A DNA stretch of 55,838 bases, counting the filler, from Platydemus manokwari (lineage: Eukaryota): the NCBI GenBank assembly GCA_037951405.1. It is 4 parts of 4 records of this genome, joined end to end, with 100 filler letters (N's around TTAATTAATTAA, not from the genome) between each part and the next. Parts side by side here need not be neighbours in the genome. Positions count along the whole stretch, not along the records: positions 25,210 to 44,981 come from JBBMOY011766951.1; 3 more parts are not named here. One strand, written 5' to 3'. Within the stretch, counting starts at the first letter, position 1; the number at the start of each line of letters is the position of its first letter. Positions 25,873 through 39,400 of the stretch are shown one piece after another. A program made the position numbers and the translations under genes. A model generated the notes under the pieces. That model saw only the letters and a program-made list of their open reading frames with translations, was not told the origin of the DNA and did no database searches.

Positions 25873-26299
25873 TTATTGGGGATTACTTCTCAATTTACTG
25901 TGGCCTCGGTGGTTTGAATTAATGGATGGACACGTCGCCTCTGTCCGTCAACATGCCAGCTCACGATCATCACACGCTAATAATATGCAAATAGATTTTA
26001 GACCTTACAGCGTCACCAGACAATACGCGGAATTTTGTGCTGCCCTTCATACAATTCTCAGACGACGAATTGAAAGTCCCGGCTCAACACCAGGCATCAC
26101 TGTCACTGCCAGCGCTACACCCATGATTGACAGTGGAATGAAATCGGTCAATATGGATGCAAAAGTTGCCAGCAGGTTGATGCGAATGCAAGTAGAAGTC
26201 GAAGCAATGCTGATGCGATTGACAGACTATTTACCAAATCTCAAGGATAAATTGATATTCTTTATCAATAATTGCGATCTTATTTTGTCTGTTTTAACG
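25873..26299 (+). CDS. VPS52: VPS52 internal exon
   Basis: After a 50-nt intron: YWGLLLNLLWPRW...RPYSVTRQYAEFCAAL...QVEVEAMLMRL...LIFFINNCDLILSVLT. GTAAG donor at 26300. Confidence 0.95.
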
Positions 26300-26689
26300 G
26301 TAAGAATAATTTTTTATATAAAGAACTTGCTGTTAATAAATTATATTTATTATGATTATACATTTATAATAACGATATCTTATTATTTATTAAATTATTT
26401 AATATCTGAATCTTGATTTGTTATAAAAAAAGTTTAATCGTAACAGAATCTCGAAGTGACGCTTGTTTTATTGCCATTTGATATGATTTATTACATTTCT
26501 AAATATATTCGAACATTTCATAGGCTTTTAAAGTTACCAGATAAAATATTATTGAACTACCACCTTTGCTTGATTTATCGTGCGATTCATAAGTCTCCGT
26601 CTCTAACACTAAAATTAAGTACAACAAAACACAATAACATCAAGGAAAAATAACTCGTGTGGTTTCTCGTTGATTTGTGTCATCATTCT

Positions 26690-27069
26690 CTTTTACAAAA
26701 TTTACCACTTTTTCCTTAACTTCTGATCACAGTATTGCACTATTGTCTTAGCTGGTGGTGCACGATTGAAATGTTGTTGAAATTCTTGGCAAGCTTTGGT
26801 ACCATTCTGGGACACTATTGCATGGCTAACAATAAACACTATAACCGCAAGCGAAAATTTAACATCATCAGCTGCTTCCGCCATATTGTAATAATGCAAC
26901 TGATTAATAAGAAAAAAGAAATAAAGGAGATTAATCAGTGAATAATAATTAATATCAATGAGTATAAATATGTGAATATAAATTATGTTGTGTTTTGTTG
27001 TTTTATTTTAGTTTTAGAGACGAAGACTTATGAATCGTACGGTATAATAATATTTCAGCTTTTGCCCTG
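26690..27069 (-). mobile_element. Tc1/mariner-superfamily fragment (N-terminal HTH, DUF4817-like) in a VPS52 intron
   Basis: FSLAVIVFIVSH...CQEFQQHFNRAPPAKTIVQY..KLRK resembles the DUF4817 HTH. A TA-CAGGG terminus lies on the minus strand near 27069. Confidence 0.55.
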
Positions 27070-27809
27070 TATAATATGTTTATCTGAAACAAATTTAGAT
27101 CTTGTTCAATCCATCAAAATCTTTTTATCAATTTTCTGCTGATTATCTTGAATTTCATTGGATAAAATAATTCAGCAAAAATATTGTTTAAATTGTTCGA
27201 ATATGAATTCCAAATAATTTAGATAATTCTAATTTTTAAAAATTTTTTTAAAACGATTATTTTATCCAATTAGTTTCAAGATAAATGACAGAGAATCGAT
27301 ATAATTTTCCTGATTGATTTCAAACTACTGGAAATCTGTTTAAAAGTATTGGAATATCTCAAATTAACGCTTTATTTTTTTCAATTTACACTGTTTTGGT
27401 CGAACATTTATAAATCAATACAAATAAGACTTCTGTGCAATAAATAACAGAAATGTTTTCAAGCCTAATAATATCGTAAATTTTAGTTGTGAAATGTTAT
27501 CTTTTGGATATTTATACAGGTTTGAATGAGATTGAATCGAGTTATTTATTTGGCTTTTCAATAAACCATTGACAAAGATTTTAATCATATTTTCAAAGTT
27601 ATTAAATTGATAAACCCTCGACTGCTGCGATTTTCAACACACACAACTAAATATTTTAAATAATAAGTTTATATATTTATATGACTGTTATTAATAGGTT
27701 TGATAAGCATGATGATATTCTTGTTACAATCTATCATTTATTATTTGATTCTATGGTTTCGACAATTTATAGTTTTCGATATTTCATTCGTTTAATTATT
27801 TTCAAAAAG

Positions 27810-27990
27810 GAATGTGAGGTGGCTGATTGCATCGAAGGAATTAAGTTTAAAGATTTGATGAATGACAAGATTAGTGAATTTGTTGAAGAAGTGTTGATAC
27901 CGTATTTTGGCTCCTTAATTCATTTCATCAAGGATACTGAAACCAATCAAGCGAAAAATATTAAAACTGAATTTTCACAGAATGAAGAAG
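27810..27990 (+). CDS. VPS52: VPS52 internal exon
   Basis: AG acceptor at 27808-27809; ECEVADCIEGIKFKDLMNDKISEFVEEVLIPYFGSLIHFIK...NEE; phase-1 GT donor at 27991. Confidence 0.92.
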
Positions 27991-28797
27991 GTTAGCGATT
28001 ATTATTTTATTATTATTAAGTATTTATATAAAAATATAATAATAATAATAATCTGACTGTTATGAGGGGTTATCAATTGAACACCAATTTCGATTCCATC
28101 AGGTAGTCCAGTTATAATCACATAATTTCGAAGTCGTTCTTTATTCATAAGTATTAGATAGAATCTCGAACCCACTATTGGTTAATTCAAACTCGAAATC
28201 AATTTATTCAACTCCATTATCACTTATTTCTTCACTCTTATCATATCCTTTGCAAGTGCAAATAATACCAATAGGATTCACCTGTCAGCATTCAATTCCG
28301 GATTATCTAACCTCATATATGTATATAAGTATGAATATATGAAAAGAACAACAGGTAGTGGTTCGAAATCGATAGATAGGCGAAATATGGAATTGAAGGA
28401 TTCTATAGCCTGTCAAAAAATGCTGATAAATTGAAAGTAACTCGATACTGAGATTAATTAAGAGATTTTCATATCGCCTTTATCTGCTGTTAATTGAGAG
28501 AATCATAATTTTGTTTATCAAATAAATCGATAAATATAACAACTTTTATTACAGGGTATTTGTAACGTTTATTCATCAGTTTGAATTGATTGGATGAAAA
28601 TTTATTAAGTTCCTCTATTCAAAATATGATTCGTCTGCATTCTACATGCTAATAATGTCTATTTATTACCTTGGTGAAAATGTATCGATCACATCTATAT
28701 ATCGATTAATATCTTATTACACATTTATCATGTGCTATTTGTAGATGATTTTTCATTACAATTTTTATCCATACTACATCTCATATAATCATTTTAG

Positions 28798-28916
28798 CGA
28801 AAGTCCAGCGCATCATTAAAGGCTTTAATATTGACTGGAAAACTTCCATAGAAAAAATCAATGGAGAAATTCTGACATCATTCACAAATTTTTGTATTGG
28901 AACGCAAATTTTTCAA
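28798..28916 (+). CDS. VPS52: VPS52 penultimate exon (not in the ORF track)
   Basis: TTTTAG acceptor; (A)KVQRIIKGFNIDWKTSIEKINGEILTSFTNFCIGTQIFQ matches VPS52 GF..WK.S.E......SFTNF..GT.I.Q. Confidence 0.93.
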
Positions 28917-28966
28917 GTTGATTATAATTATCAGATAATCACATCATTTAACCATTGTTATGTCAG

Positions 28967-29113
28967 GGCGTGTTATCACAACTTATTCAATATTATCGAC
29001 GATTACAGGCTTGTATGAATTTATCACCATACAAGAATATGCCAGTGAAAAATGAGCTCGTCAATATTCACCATATCATGGTCGAAATGAAAAAGATCAA
29101 ATTGAATTTTTGA
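28967..29113 (+). CDS. VPS52: VPS52 last coding exon (not in the ORF track)
   Basis: After a 50-nt intron: GVLSQLIQYYRRL...ELVNIHHIMVEMKKIKLNF-stop, the conserved VPS52 C-terminus. Confidence 0.95.
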   Translation, partial: GVLSQLIQYYRRLQACMNLSPYKNMPVKNELVNIHHIMVEMKKIKLNF

Positions 29114-30845
29114 TGTTAGGAATTTATATTAGGAGTTTGTTTCTGTGGTGTAAAGTTATTTTGTGATAATATGTTTGAGACGATGACTTGTATTTGGTTT
29201 GATGAAAACCACTTGTGTTTTTGAATTGATTCTGTTTGAAAATTCTGGCCCATGAAACTTGATTGGGGAGTTTTTATTCAATATTTCACTTTTGTGAGAG
29301 AGAACTGATCGAGTGTTAAGCGTATAAATCATTGAAATATCAATAGCACATTATTCTTCAATTTTTTTCAAAAAAATCGATATGATGATTTCGTAGATAT
29401 TTTCGAATGATAACAGAAATCTTTGAGCCAGCACAGGAATAATTTCACTGATTGTCATTTTCTCAAAATATTGTCTTTGTAATCAGATTTTTTAAGTCTT
29501 AAATTTGTTATCCCTATTAAGCGTTTTATAATCAAAATATAATTATTTTGTTGCATTAACTCAAAAAATATTGATTAAACAATTACAAGCTTCGTTATAA
29601 GTGCTTTGTTAACATTGTCCAATTCTTGCATAAATAGTGAAGGTAATTTATGGGCATAAGCAATTTTTGGCAGTTTGGTAATTTAGGTTATTCCATGAAA
29701 TCAAAACGAAAATGTCATTTATGTGATAAATGCGTAAATTGATTATTTGAAATGCAATTTCAAAAATCATTTTACGTCATTTACCATAGGCATTAATACA
29801 AACTTGATTAAAACATCTCTTAGCAATATTTATGAAACGTAGATCAAATTAACCAATAAAATCATCTGCAAATCGAAGTGATGATTGTTGAATGATTATT
29901 ATTATCCAATAGAAAATCAGGAATTTAAAAATATTAAAAATATGGGGTAAATGGAGAGTTATCAATTTATTTAGGCTTTTTTAAGGATTGAAATTAAAAT
30001 TAAGAAATTTAGGGGTGATTCAATTAAATACAGGTTTTGATGATTAATATAACAAATCGGAACATCATTAGAACAAATGGATAGCTGCTAATCAAAGGTA
30101 ATTGTTGGAAAACTATTTAGAAAGAGTTAAAACCGCCAATATCACGTCATTCAACAATAAAATTAATGTTCAAGAAAAATAAAAATTAACAAAAATAGAT
30201 AAAGGTTACATTCAATCATCAAATACAGTCATCATGTAAAAGTTTGAAAGATAAATAAAAGCATACACTGAATAATAAATACGTAAACAGTCTTTAGATA
30301 CTGCATTGATTCTGGATTGCTAACTGCTTAATCTAATAAATCATCGATCCAATTCTTCTATAGATTATCTCTTGTGCATCCTCATGCTTAATGTCCTGCT
30401 GGTCATACCATGTGTATTAATTATCACCAAGGCTTGCGCATAATTATCCACTGGTCTGTTTTTTGACAGCATCAATGAAGATTTTAATATGATTTATTCA
30501 TATGATGAATATTGAGTCCTATTTTATTAGGTCTTATCTAGTTATCATTTTTTAATCACAAAAACCAATTTTTAACCAAAAAAGCAAATTCTCACTCATT
30601 TTACAAATGGACCGATAATTTAATTATAAACCCACTTAAAAATTTCGTTTTACCATGAATAAAATATATTAAAATCTAAGTCTTATTTTTATCATCTATT
30701 TTACACAAGAGATAACCTTGACTCTGATTAATGACGTCATTGAACATTGATCAAGATATGAAATAGGCTCAATCAATTCTAAAACAAGATCAAATCAAAT
30801 GGTACTATATATTCATTCTGAAATCTGATAGAAAACAATTCCAAT

Positions 30846-31313
30846 ATGCATCTAAATTTCAGACACTATGATCAAGTCGAAATATCCGTAAAATCACTGA
30901 AGAATATGAAAATCCATTATGGAATTGGAATGTTATTCATCACAGTTACATTTAGCTTTCTCATTTATCCAATGGAATATATTTATTTCAACAAATACAA
31001 CTATGCACTTTTACTTTGTAAGTTATTCTTTTTGTTTATCGCAGGTATTTTATCCATACAATGTGCTAAACGACATGAAAAACGGTTTTTGATATCTACA
31101 GCCATATTTGAAGCATTTGCCATTATTTTATCTATTGTCAATATGGCTTTGTTCTTTACTGATTTTGATCAATTCGAAATGGTCAAAGAAAACGTGAGAT
31201 ATATCTATCCGATTATTATCCAAATGATTTATAATCTGCTAATATTTTGTAATTTGGCTTATCATCTCTTCTATATTGTAATGAACATACAAGAACTCAA
31301 CAACCATATGTAA
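30846..31313 (+). CDS. Intronless 155-aa four-pass membrane protein, possibly MS4A/CD20-like
   Basis: ATG-to-TAA ORF with four hydrophobic helices. FLFIAGILSIQCAKRHEKRFL resembles the MS4A TM2-loop pattern F..SG.LSI.A.K....L. Confidence 0.6.
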   Translation: MHLNFRHYDQVEISVKSLKNMKIHYGIGMLFITVTFSFLIYPMEYIYFNKYNYALLLCKLFFLFIAGILSIQCAKRHEKRFLISTAIFEAFAIILSIVNMALFFTDFDQFEMVKENVRYIYPIIIQMIYNLLIFCNLAYHLFYIVMNIQELNNHM

Positions 31314-31746
31314 TAATTTTTGTAATAGAAATCGATTTGATGTTTTGATTTTGGCCATTGTTTCTAAAAATAGCTTTAAAATATTATTGAATTCAATTGG
31401 CTTTTGGAATCGATTAATTTTAAAATTTGATATTTGTTTCTACTAATTGTACCAAAAAATTGCATATTTTGAAGACTTCTTAAAAATCGTAATCGACTAC
31501 AATTCTATGATTCTTGAGAATCATTTATTATAAGCCAATGTACCAATATTTTTTTTATTAATCCCATTCATTAAAAAGTCTATTGAATATGATGAGAATC
31601 AACGGACTCGACTTTTAGAACTAAATATAAAGAATTTCTTTTAAAGAAAAAAAATTAATTGATATAATTGCTTATTGGAGATCTACTTCATTAATATGCA
31701 TTGATAATGATATATTAATAGATTTTGACGGTTTAGTAGATATTTT

Positions 31747-32277
31747 TGTTAGGTTATCAAACAACATTTTGAATCTACAAGTCTGCCTTAACCAAAATAA
31801 TACACTCGAGGTCTCAATAATGACAATAACAAATCTTTACACAATTCATAAAGAAAATCATTCAAGATAGGATCAGCGTCTGAAAGTTAAAAACAGAATG
31901 AAGAGTAATCAAAAAGACTGATTTCTAAAATCAAACATAAGCTAAGGACTAAAGTTACCGACCAAAAAAGACTGGCAAGAATCCATGAAATTCAACCTCT
32001 TTTATAGATCCATCGGGTGTATCTGCTTGATGTAGCGGATCTTCGTTTTTAATTAGCTAAATTTGTTTGTGGATCGATTTACTTGAGATTTTCTTTATAT
32101 CTCTCATGTTATTGGCGGATATTTGCTGCCTGTCGATTCTTCTAAAAATGGGTTAACATTAAAAAGAATTTGATTAGTTAACGGCAAGTGTGTTTTTCGG
32201 GTTTGAGTGTATTGACCTTTTTTAGGATTTTTCCTAGGTTCTTGGGATCCTTTTACTTATTTATGATATATCCAACA
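31747..32277 (-). mobile_element. Solo-LTR-like dispersed repeat, family A (best-preserved copy)
   Basis: Ends TGTTAGG...TCCAACA (TG..CA with a short terminal inverted repeat). Minus-strand TATAAAAGAGG. Homologous to 17523-18042. No clear TSD. Confidence 0.7.
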
Positions 32278-35200
32278 TACCTAATAAAAATAAACATTGA
32301 TACATACAATAAAACTGATAAAACTGTGAAGACCCAAAACCCAGGACAAATAATAAAATCAATGACAACAAATAAAATTGATGAAATTATTTATGAGGAG
32401 AATGAAGTTAATAATAATAATCAAAGTAAGAAAAAAATAATTAAATCAGATCATGATACGAAGTACTAAAAATAATTTAAAATAAGAAGTTTAAAAATCA
32501 GAACAAATTATTAATTCATTTTTAAACTATATGTATTACGTGTATTGTGATTATACGTATATCCGAAAGTGAAAAATGTTCTAATAAAAGTTTATTTAAT
32601 TTGTCTTTTATTTCATTGAAATCAATATTTTTATCGAATTGCAATGCATTAAAGAATCACAATTACTGATCAAAAGAGGAATGAGGACCCATTTGATAAC
32701 AGTCAAAAACCGAGATTATTTCAATTTACTTAATATAAATCTTAGGTTACTGTGAAGCTAAGCAATGAATGGTTACAACTTTCTATGATTTTTGCAATAA
32801 AACACATATTTTGATCACTCACTCAAAACTTGCTATAATATATCAGATGACGTTCGGATATTTAGTCTCTAGCATCTTTCAATAAATAATTCAAAACTAA
32901 AAGAAATTTCTTTTTAAACATCTACATATTCATATCAAATTTATATCAAATTAAAAAATTGATAAGTCAAAGCTTTGTTTTAATATATTTTTAATTTAAA
33001 TAACATTTATATTTAACTCCAGCATTGTCTTAATGAAGTGCATAAACATTTCCCAAAGTTGATATATTATATATTTGGATTAGGTAATAGAATTAATTTC
33101 ATCTTTAAAGTAACCTAAATAAAGATTTCATATTTCTAACGCGGATGTCCTAAGTATGTTTTAGTTTATTTCTAATGTTGAATATATTATTTGCGATTAT
33201 CTCATAAAATGCTATGAAACAGCCGTTTAAAAAAATGAAAGCTTTGTAAGATTGTATGGCATGGAAAATAAATAATCATTTGTTTATCAAAAATTAATGA
33301 ATGAACAAATTTTTCATTTCAAGTGGAATAATATGAACTTTGAATTAGATTTGCATTTGTGATATTCAATGGATTACAAGCTATCTTTTATTATTTAATA
33401 CATTTATTAATAAATTTAATTAATACTAATTATAATGAACTGGAGTTCAGTATTTGTCTTTGAAATTTTTAAGTATTTTCCGGTGATTTGAGTTTTAAAC
33501 ATTAGTGGTTCAGTGAGTATCAGCAATTAGTCTTATGATATAATATAGTTATGTCTAGTCATTAGTACCAAATAAGATTTCAAATCCGGTATCCAAATGG
33601 TGAACTTAAGATACAACCTGGGAAGTAGCCTAATTAAAACTCAAATTGTTTTATTCCTAATTCGTATTTTTTTTAATAATAAAATTTTCTGCACTGGCAT
33701 GGTATGTCGAGATTATATAATAAAATATTTGGTTAATTCGGAAAACCTGTTTATCCAATTGCATTCAGAAGCATGATGAAAAGATAACATTCTGTTAATT
33801 TAGAATCTTACTTTATGCTGTGTTGTAGTGTTGCTCTCGTGAATAAAATTAAGGCTAATAAATGACAAATTTATTGATGTTCTTTCTGAACCTAATATTC
33901 GCAACAATCTAAGAATGAGTGATTTTCGGCGTCTTTTAAAAGAAATTCCAAGCACTCGTTTATACTGATGATATATTAGAATATTGAAGGGGCCCCATCA
34001 AAAGATGACTGATTATTTTTGTCGTGAAAAAATCGAGTTGTATCTCTTAAAAATACTCACATGTCTATTTAGGTATGTATGTATAATTCCGGGTTTATTT
34101 CGTTGTACATTATATCATGGTGAGAAATGGTATTCTTTGGTGTTGTTCAATGTTGAAAATTTATTAAACGTTTAATCCGTTTTAAGTTTTTGTCAAGTTA
34201 TCCTGGTGAAGTGGATTTTACTTTATATGATATTTTATTTGGTAATTAATAAGCTTTCATTGAAATACCATAAAAAATATATACCAACCACAAATATTTA
34301 TATCTAAGTTATTTATCCAATCATTTTTATTTAATGAACAGCTTAATATCTCATGGTTGAATTACAATTCTCCTTTAGAGAAGAATTTATTTTTACTTTT
34401 ATAATAGAATCACAATTTTACTTGCAGTAGACACTTTAAACTCTTACAGCTTAACTAGTTACAAGAAATACAATAGTTTTACAAGCATAATTCTTGTAGT
34501 TTGTTTCTAGTTGAAATGACAAATCTCTCGATTTGACCACAGTATTTATACTAATTTTGGGTCATATCTTACTATGCTTATCAAACAATGTATTCCTAGT
34601 CTTCATTGTCATACATTATATTGGTACATAAAAATTTATAAATTTTATTATTTTTTTCTCTATTATTAACCTATAATGAAAAAATAATTGGTTAATTTAT
34701 TTATTAAATCATTAGCTAAATTGTCGTGAAATGATAAAATTTATTATAGTTTAAAAACTATTGATATTTTTATTATTTTCTTTCTACTTATACCATCCAT
34801 TCATTGGGGAATTAGTTCTATTCCGGGTCTCTGACTGGATACCAGACTTACCACTTTTTAGCGCCCATTTTTATTCTTCAACTTTATTTTTAATTAATGG
34901 ATGCCTTTTAAACTGGTGGGTCATTTTCACTCATTTTTGATGGTTTTTTTAATATTATAATGTAATTTATAATGACATCATTACGAGTTAATTAATTTTG
35001 TTTTTTAATCTTATCCATATTTTAATTTCAATTTTCAAATATCTTGTGAAAATATTGTCAGTGAAACCTAGTTATCATCGACATAGTTAAAAGAAGATAT
35101 CAAGAGAGTCCTTGCTTGATTTGAAGAAAGAATGCAAATATTCTCATTGCGTCGAACTTTACCAAAAAGTATTTTTAAATATCTCATTTGTCAATTAGGT

Positions 35201-35599
35201 AGAAATAAAAATGTTCTTTGAACAAGAGGGAAACAAGCGAGTAATCATCTCGGGAGTCGCAAGAACAGAAATATAATTTCTGAGTTTCAATAAGCGTTCC
35301 TCACTGTTTTGCACTATTAGGGGTTCTAGTTTTAGTAGGAGAAACATGTGGTGAAGTGTTAATTTCTAAGCGTTATAAATTTTCTGTAATTTTCTAGAAA
35401 TTATTCTCCATTTAAAATTGTGATTAATACCAATTTTCACTTTAATTGTTTATTATTTTCTATCTGTCTATGTTTACGTAATGCGCTATTCAATTTTTCT
35501 TCTGTTCCCATGATAATCTGCTTGTTTGCCATGAAAATATTATGAATAAATCATAATAATTTTATTTTAATATACAGTTTTATTCTGATATTTTTTTGA

Positions 35600-36420
35600 C
35601 TTATGAGTTGCTAATAGCATTCTATGTCTGAAATATAATTGCACGATATTTTATCTGATGATAATTTTTATTATTATACCCAATGTATCACTTAATTTAT
35701 TTTTCATTAGTATTCTTATTCCATGAATTACCTTCATTTGATCATAGAAATTGTTCGTAATTGATGTTTGCAATTGACTTTTCTTTCACAATAACTTTCC
35801 TCAACAAATTTGAATTATTTATCAGTATTAAAGCTATTTGTGTTCTGTACATTCATTGTACTCTATTTTAATATCTAAGTTTCGTTTTGTTAATTATTTT
35901 CTGTTAAAAACATCCATTGCAATCTTGTATAATAGTTTAAAAAACAATTTATCTTTAGTGGTCCAAAAATAATTTTAGGATTTTCAATTTCCTTTTTCAA
36001 GTTTTCAAATAAATTCAGCAAAATTTAACATTAATTTCTTCAATCTGTGACACTTGTATAACATTGTGCCATATGCTTCGATGAATTAATTTTTCTGCAA
36101 ATAACATTGTTGGATCAAGTGTAAGTTATATAATTTTTAAAATGCTAATGTAATCTCCAAGCAATTAATCAGTTTTAATATTAAATAAAATGTTAGGTTG
36201 GCGATTGATTTTATATATTAGTGGTTCTGAGGGGCTTCAGTAACTGGTATGAAGACCGAATTACTGGTAAAGTTATAAATTTATATCGAATATCTGTTAT
36301 TTTTAAAAGACATATCACATATGGATGTCTTAACAATACCAACTTTCTAAATTTTTTACCGTTTTTCAAGGTCTTACACATTATATTTGTTTTTCTTTCA
36401 TATGTATGCACATGATTGCT
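35600..36420 (-). pseudogene. Very degraded CR1/L2-type LINE reverse-transcriptase remnant
   Basis: RYKFITLPVI resembles YRPISLLPVI, and a later TLGIII resembles KYLGI.I. Many stops. Confidence 0.3.
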
Positions 36421-39400
36421 TAAAATATTTGCTAAATACAGTTTGTTTAATTGCCTTTATTTAATATTTCTAATATCATTTGTTAACTATGAATGGTGTT
36501 AAAGCTTCTCTAACTGGAATTAATACTCCTTTGTAATTTCAGCAAAATTGCGCTTGTTTGATTTTTTTATTGTTGTGGCGGATCGTTTTTTGTTTAATCA
36601 CCACTTGATTTGCGTTTTTAATGTTATGTTGTATAGAAAAAACTCAAAAATCAGACTCTGGGTTTAATAATTTGTGAAAATTATAAGAAAAACCAGGACA
36701 ATTAATTACCTACTCTCAATATTGAGGCGACTAAAATATAATCAAATATCTACAGATAACTACATTATCAATAGCTAATAACTCGTCTAATCAATTATTA
36801 ACTTTATTAAAAGCTAAATATCTCAGTAAGTAAATTAACTTTGTAGTTCAATTAAGTAAACAAATTGTGAGTGTCCAATTTAGTCTCGTATAAATATTAT
36901 AATTGGTTATTTTAATCAATGAACTAGTTTAACCATACTTTACGTGTCAATTTCACTGTAGATGAACTAAGGAATCATCTTTATCATATCTAATATGATA
37001 ATGATCTTTCATTACAAAATATATCTGAAAAAGCTACCCAATAAATGTTAGGTATAAGCTAAAAATTCTTAAGCTTTAAGTAATACGATTATATCCAATG
37101 CATTAATTCGATAATTAAGTTTATCACTTGTTTTGTCAAGCGTAGGCCCATTAATGCTGAGCAAGTGATCCCGATTGATATTAAATAGTTATTATCCAAA
37201 AAATGGTTAATAAAATTTTTAAGAATCTCTTTGATGGAATCCTTTATTAAGTCCTTTTGACAAATTAAATAATATAGATTAAAAAATCAGAGACTTATCA
37301 CGTTCACAATATTTCACCTTTTATTAATATTAGGTTTCTCTTAAAAATCACCGTGAAATTTCACTTCCTGGCATCTATAGGGCTTTCGCTTATAGTTATT
37401 TATAGACGTTTTGCATCAACTTATAAGTAGCTGACTTGGATACTTTGTACCCGATGACTATTGGAATTTTTGACATTTGGTACTTTGTATTGTTATTTTG
37501 ATTTTTAAGCTTAACAATTTATTCTTAAAAGTTTAGCTTTATTATCCTGGATTATAAATTTTCGACCTTAATTTTTTTAATTTTCTTGACTTAATTTATT
37601 TTATTTTACTTAATTTTATGATAATAAATTAAATTCTTTTAAGTAATATATATTTTATTATATTACAAATTGAAATAGTTATTTACATCAAAAATGCTAA
37701 TAAAAATCAAATCATTTTATACGTAATCATAAATAATAGAATCATACATTTTCAAAAGAATCATAGAGTAAAATAAAATCACATCTGTTTAATAGATTAA
37801 ACTAGAAATTGTTAATTTGTTTGGAATTTGACTGGATTTAATTGGAAATCGAAGATAGGAGTTCAAATCTGCATTCCAACTTCTTTTTAATTATTTCCAG
37901 CTTTTTTAAAACCAGACAATTGTTGCTAAGTGTTATGATCTTTCTTCTCACTATCACTCTCTTTATTCGTCAACCCATATTTCTTTGATGTCGTCTCTTA
38001 TCTTGCCTATTCTGTTTCGGCATTTTTTTTCAATTGCTAATTTGGGTTTACCGTACGGGGTATTATTATTATTATTATTATCTGGTACACTTTCTGTTTC
38101 GAACTATCCGAGTACCAGCCTATCCATGTTATTATGCACTTTCCAACCATTTTTGATTTAATATTATAGGATGATCTTAACTAACGCTCTACATATCATT
38201 ATCATCTATGCACCATGATAATAATATTATAATTTAAAATGTGATTTCTAAAATATAATGAAATTGTCAAATTGAACTCTTCACAATTATATAATAATTC
38301 TTACGAGTCAGAACATCGATACTACCATAACAATGAAATAGAATGTTCATTAATTCCGTGTATAATAAAAGTAGATTAATTTAAGTTAACTGTTAAATAC
38401 AATCCACGATCTTCATTCGAATTAAGTGTAAGAAAAATTTCAATACAGCAATTAAATTGCTAATCAAACACATTTATTTATAATTGATTTCGAAAAATTT
38501 TCATTTGTAAATTTAAACCGATAAACCTTAATGTAAATGTGCTTCTGATTTCCAGCACAATATTACAAGCTACAATAGGTATGGATTTGATAATCAATAA
38601 ATTTTATTTTACCTTTTTACTTAAATTGAATTAATTTATTTTAATGTTACTATATTTTTATTATTTTTAATCACCATTTTAAACAATCTAATCTCAAATA
38701 TTATATTGAAAAAATTTGTTATTGATTTCTTATTGTGGTATTAATAAAAATCTGAGTAAATTCAGCGAAATATAATTTTGATAAACAAATAATTGTAAGA
38801 TAGGTTGACTGTATTGGTATTTTTATTAGAGATAGAGATACGTATTCATGAACATTGTTTGTAATGTCATTTTATTATTATAGTTTATTTGGATTTTGTG
38901 ATTTTGGTTGCTTTTATAATGAGTTGTTTATCATTGATGAATTTTTAATGCTAAGAAATGTAATTATTTTATGATCTGGTGAGTTTTGTAATTTAAATTT
39001 TTAAGTATGTGTACAATTTTTAAAAATATCATTAATAAACTTATATTTCAAACCTTACTCCAAAACTGTCGTTCTGTAAACTATGATTAATAATACTTTA
39101 AAATATAAATATAATGATTCAATAAATACCAAAAATAAGAATTTTCAAAAATAATTTTATAATGAAAATAACTTTTATGTCTTTGATGGTAAAAGAACTC
39201 AGGTGTCTAACTAGACTTAAAATAATAATTAGTTCACGAATTTCTATAGCTTAGATAAGTTTTTGTAACTATAATCAATCTAAAGTCTATGGATAAAATA
39301 TAACTTCAAAAATATTAACGATAGATAATAATTTTATGTTATTAGTTTCGCAGGAAATTTCGCTGGGTGCAAATGAATCGTAGTTCTGAGATTTTTAGAA

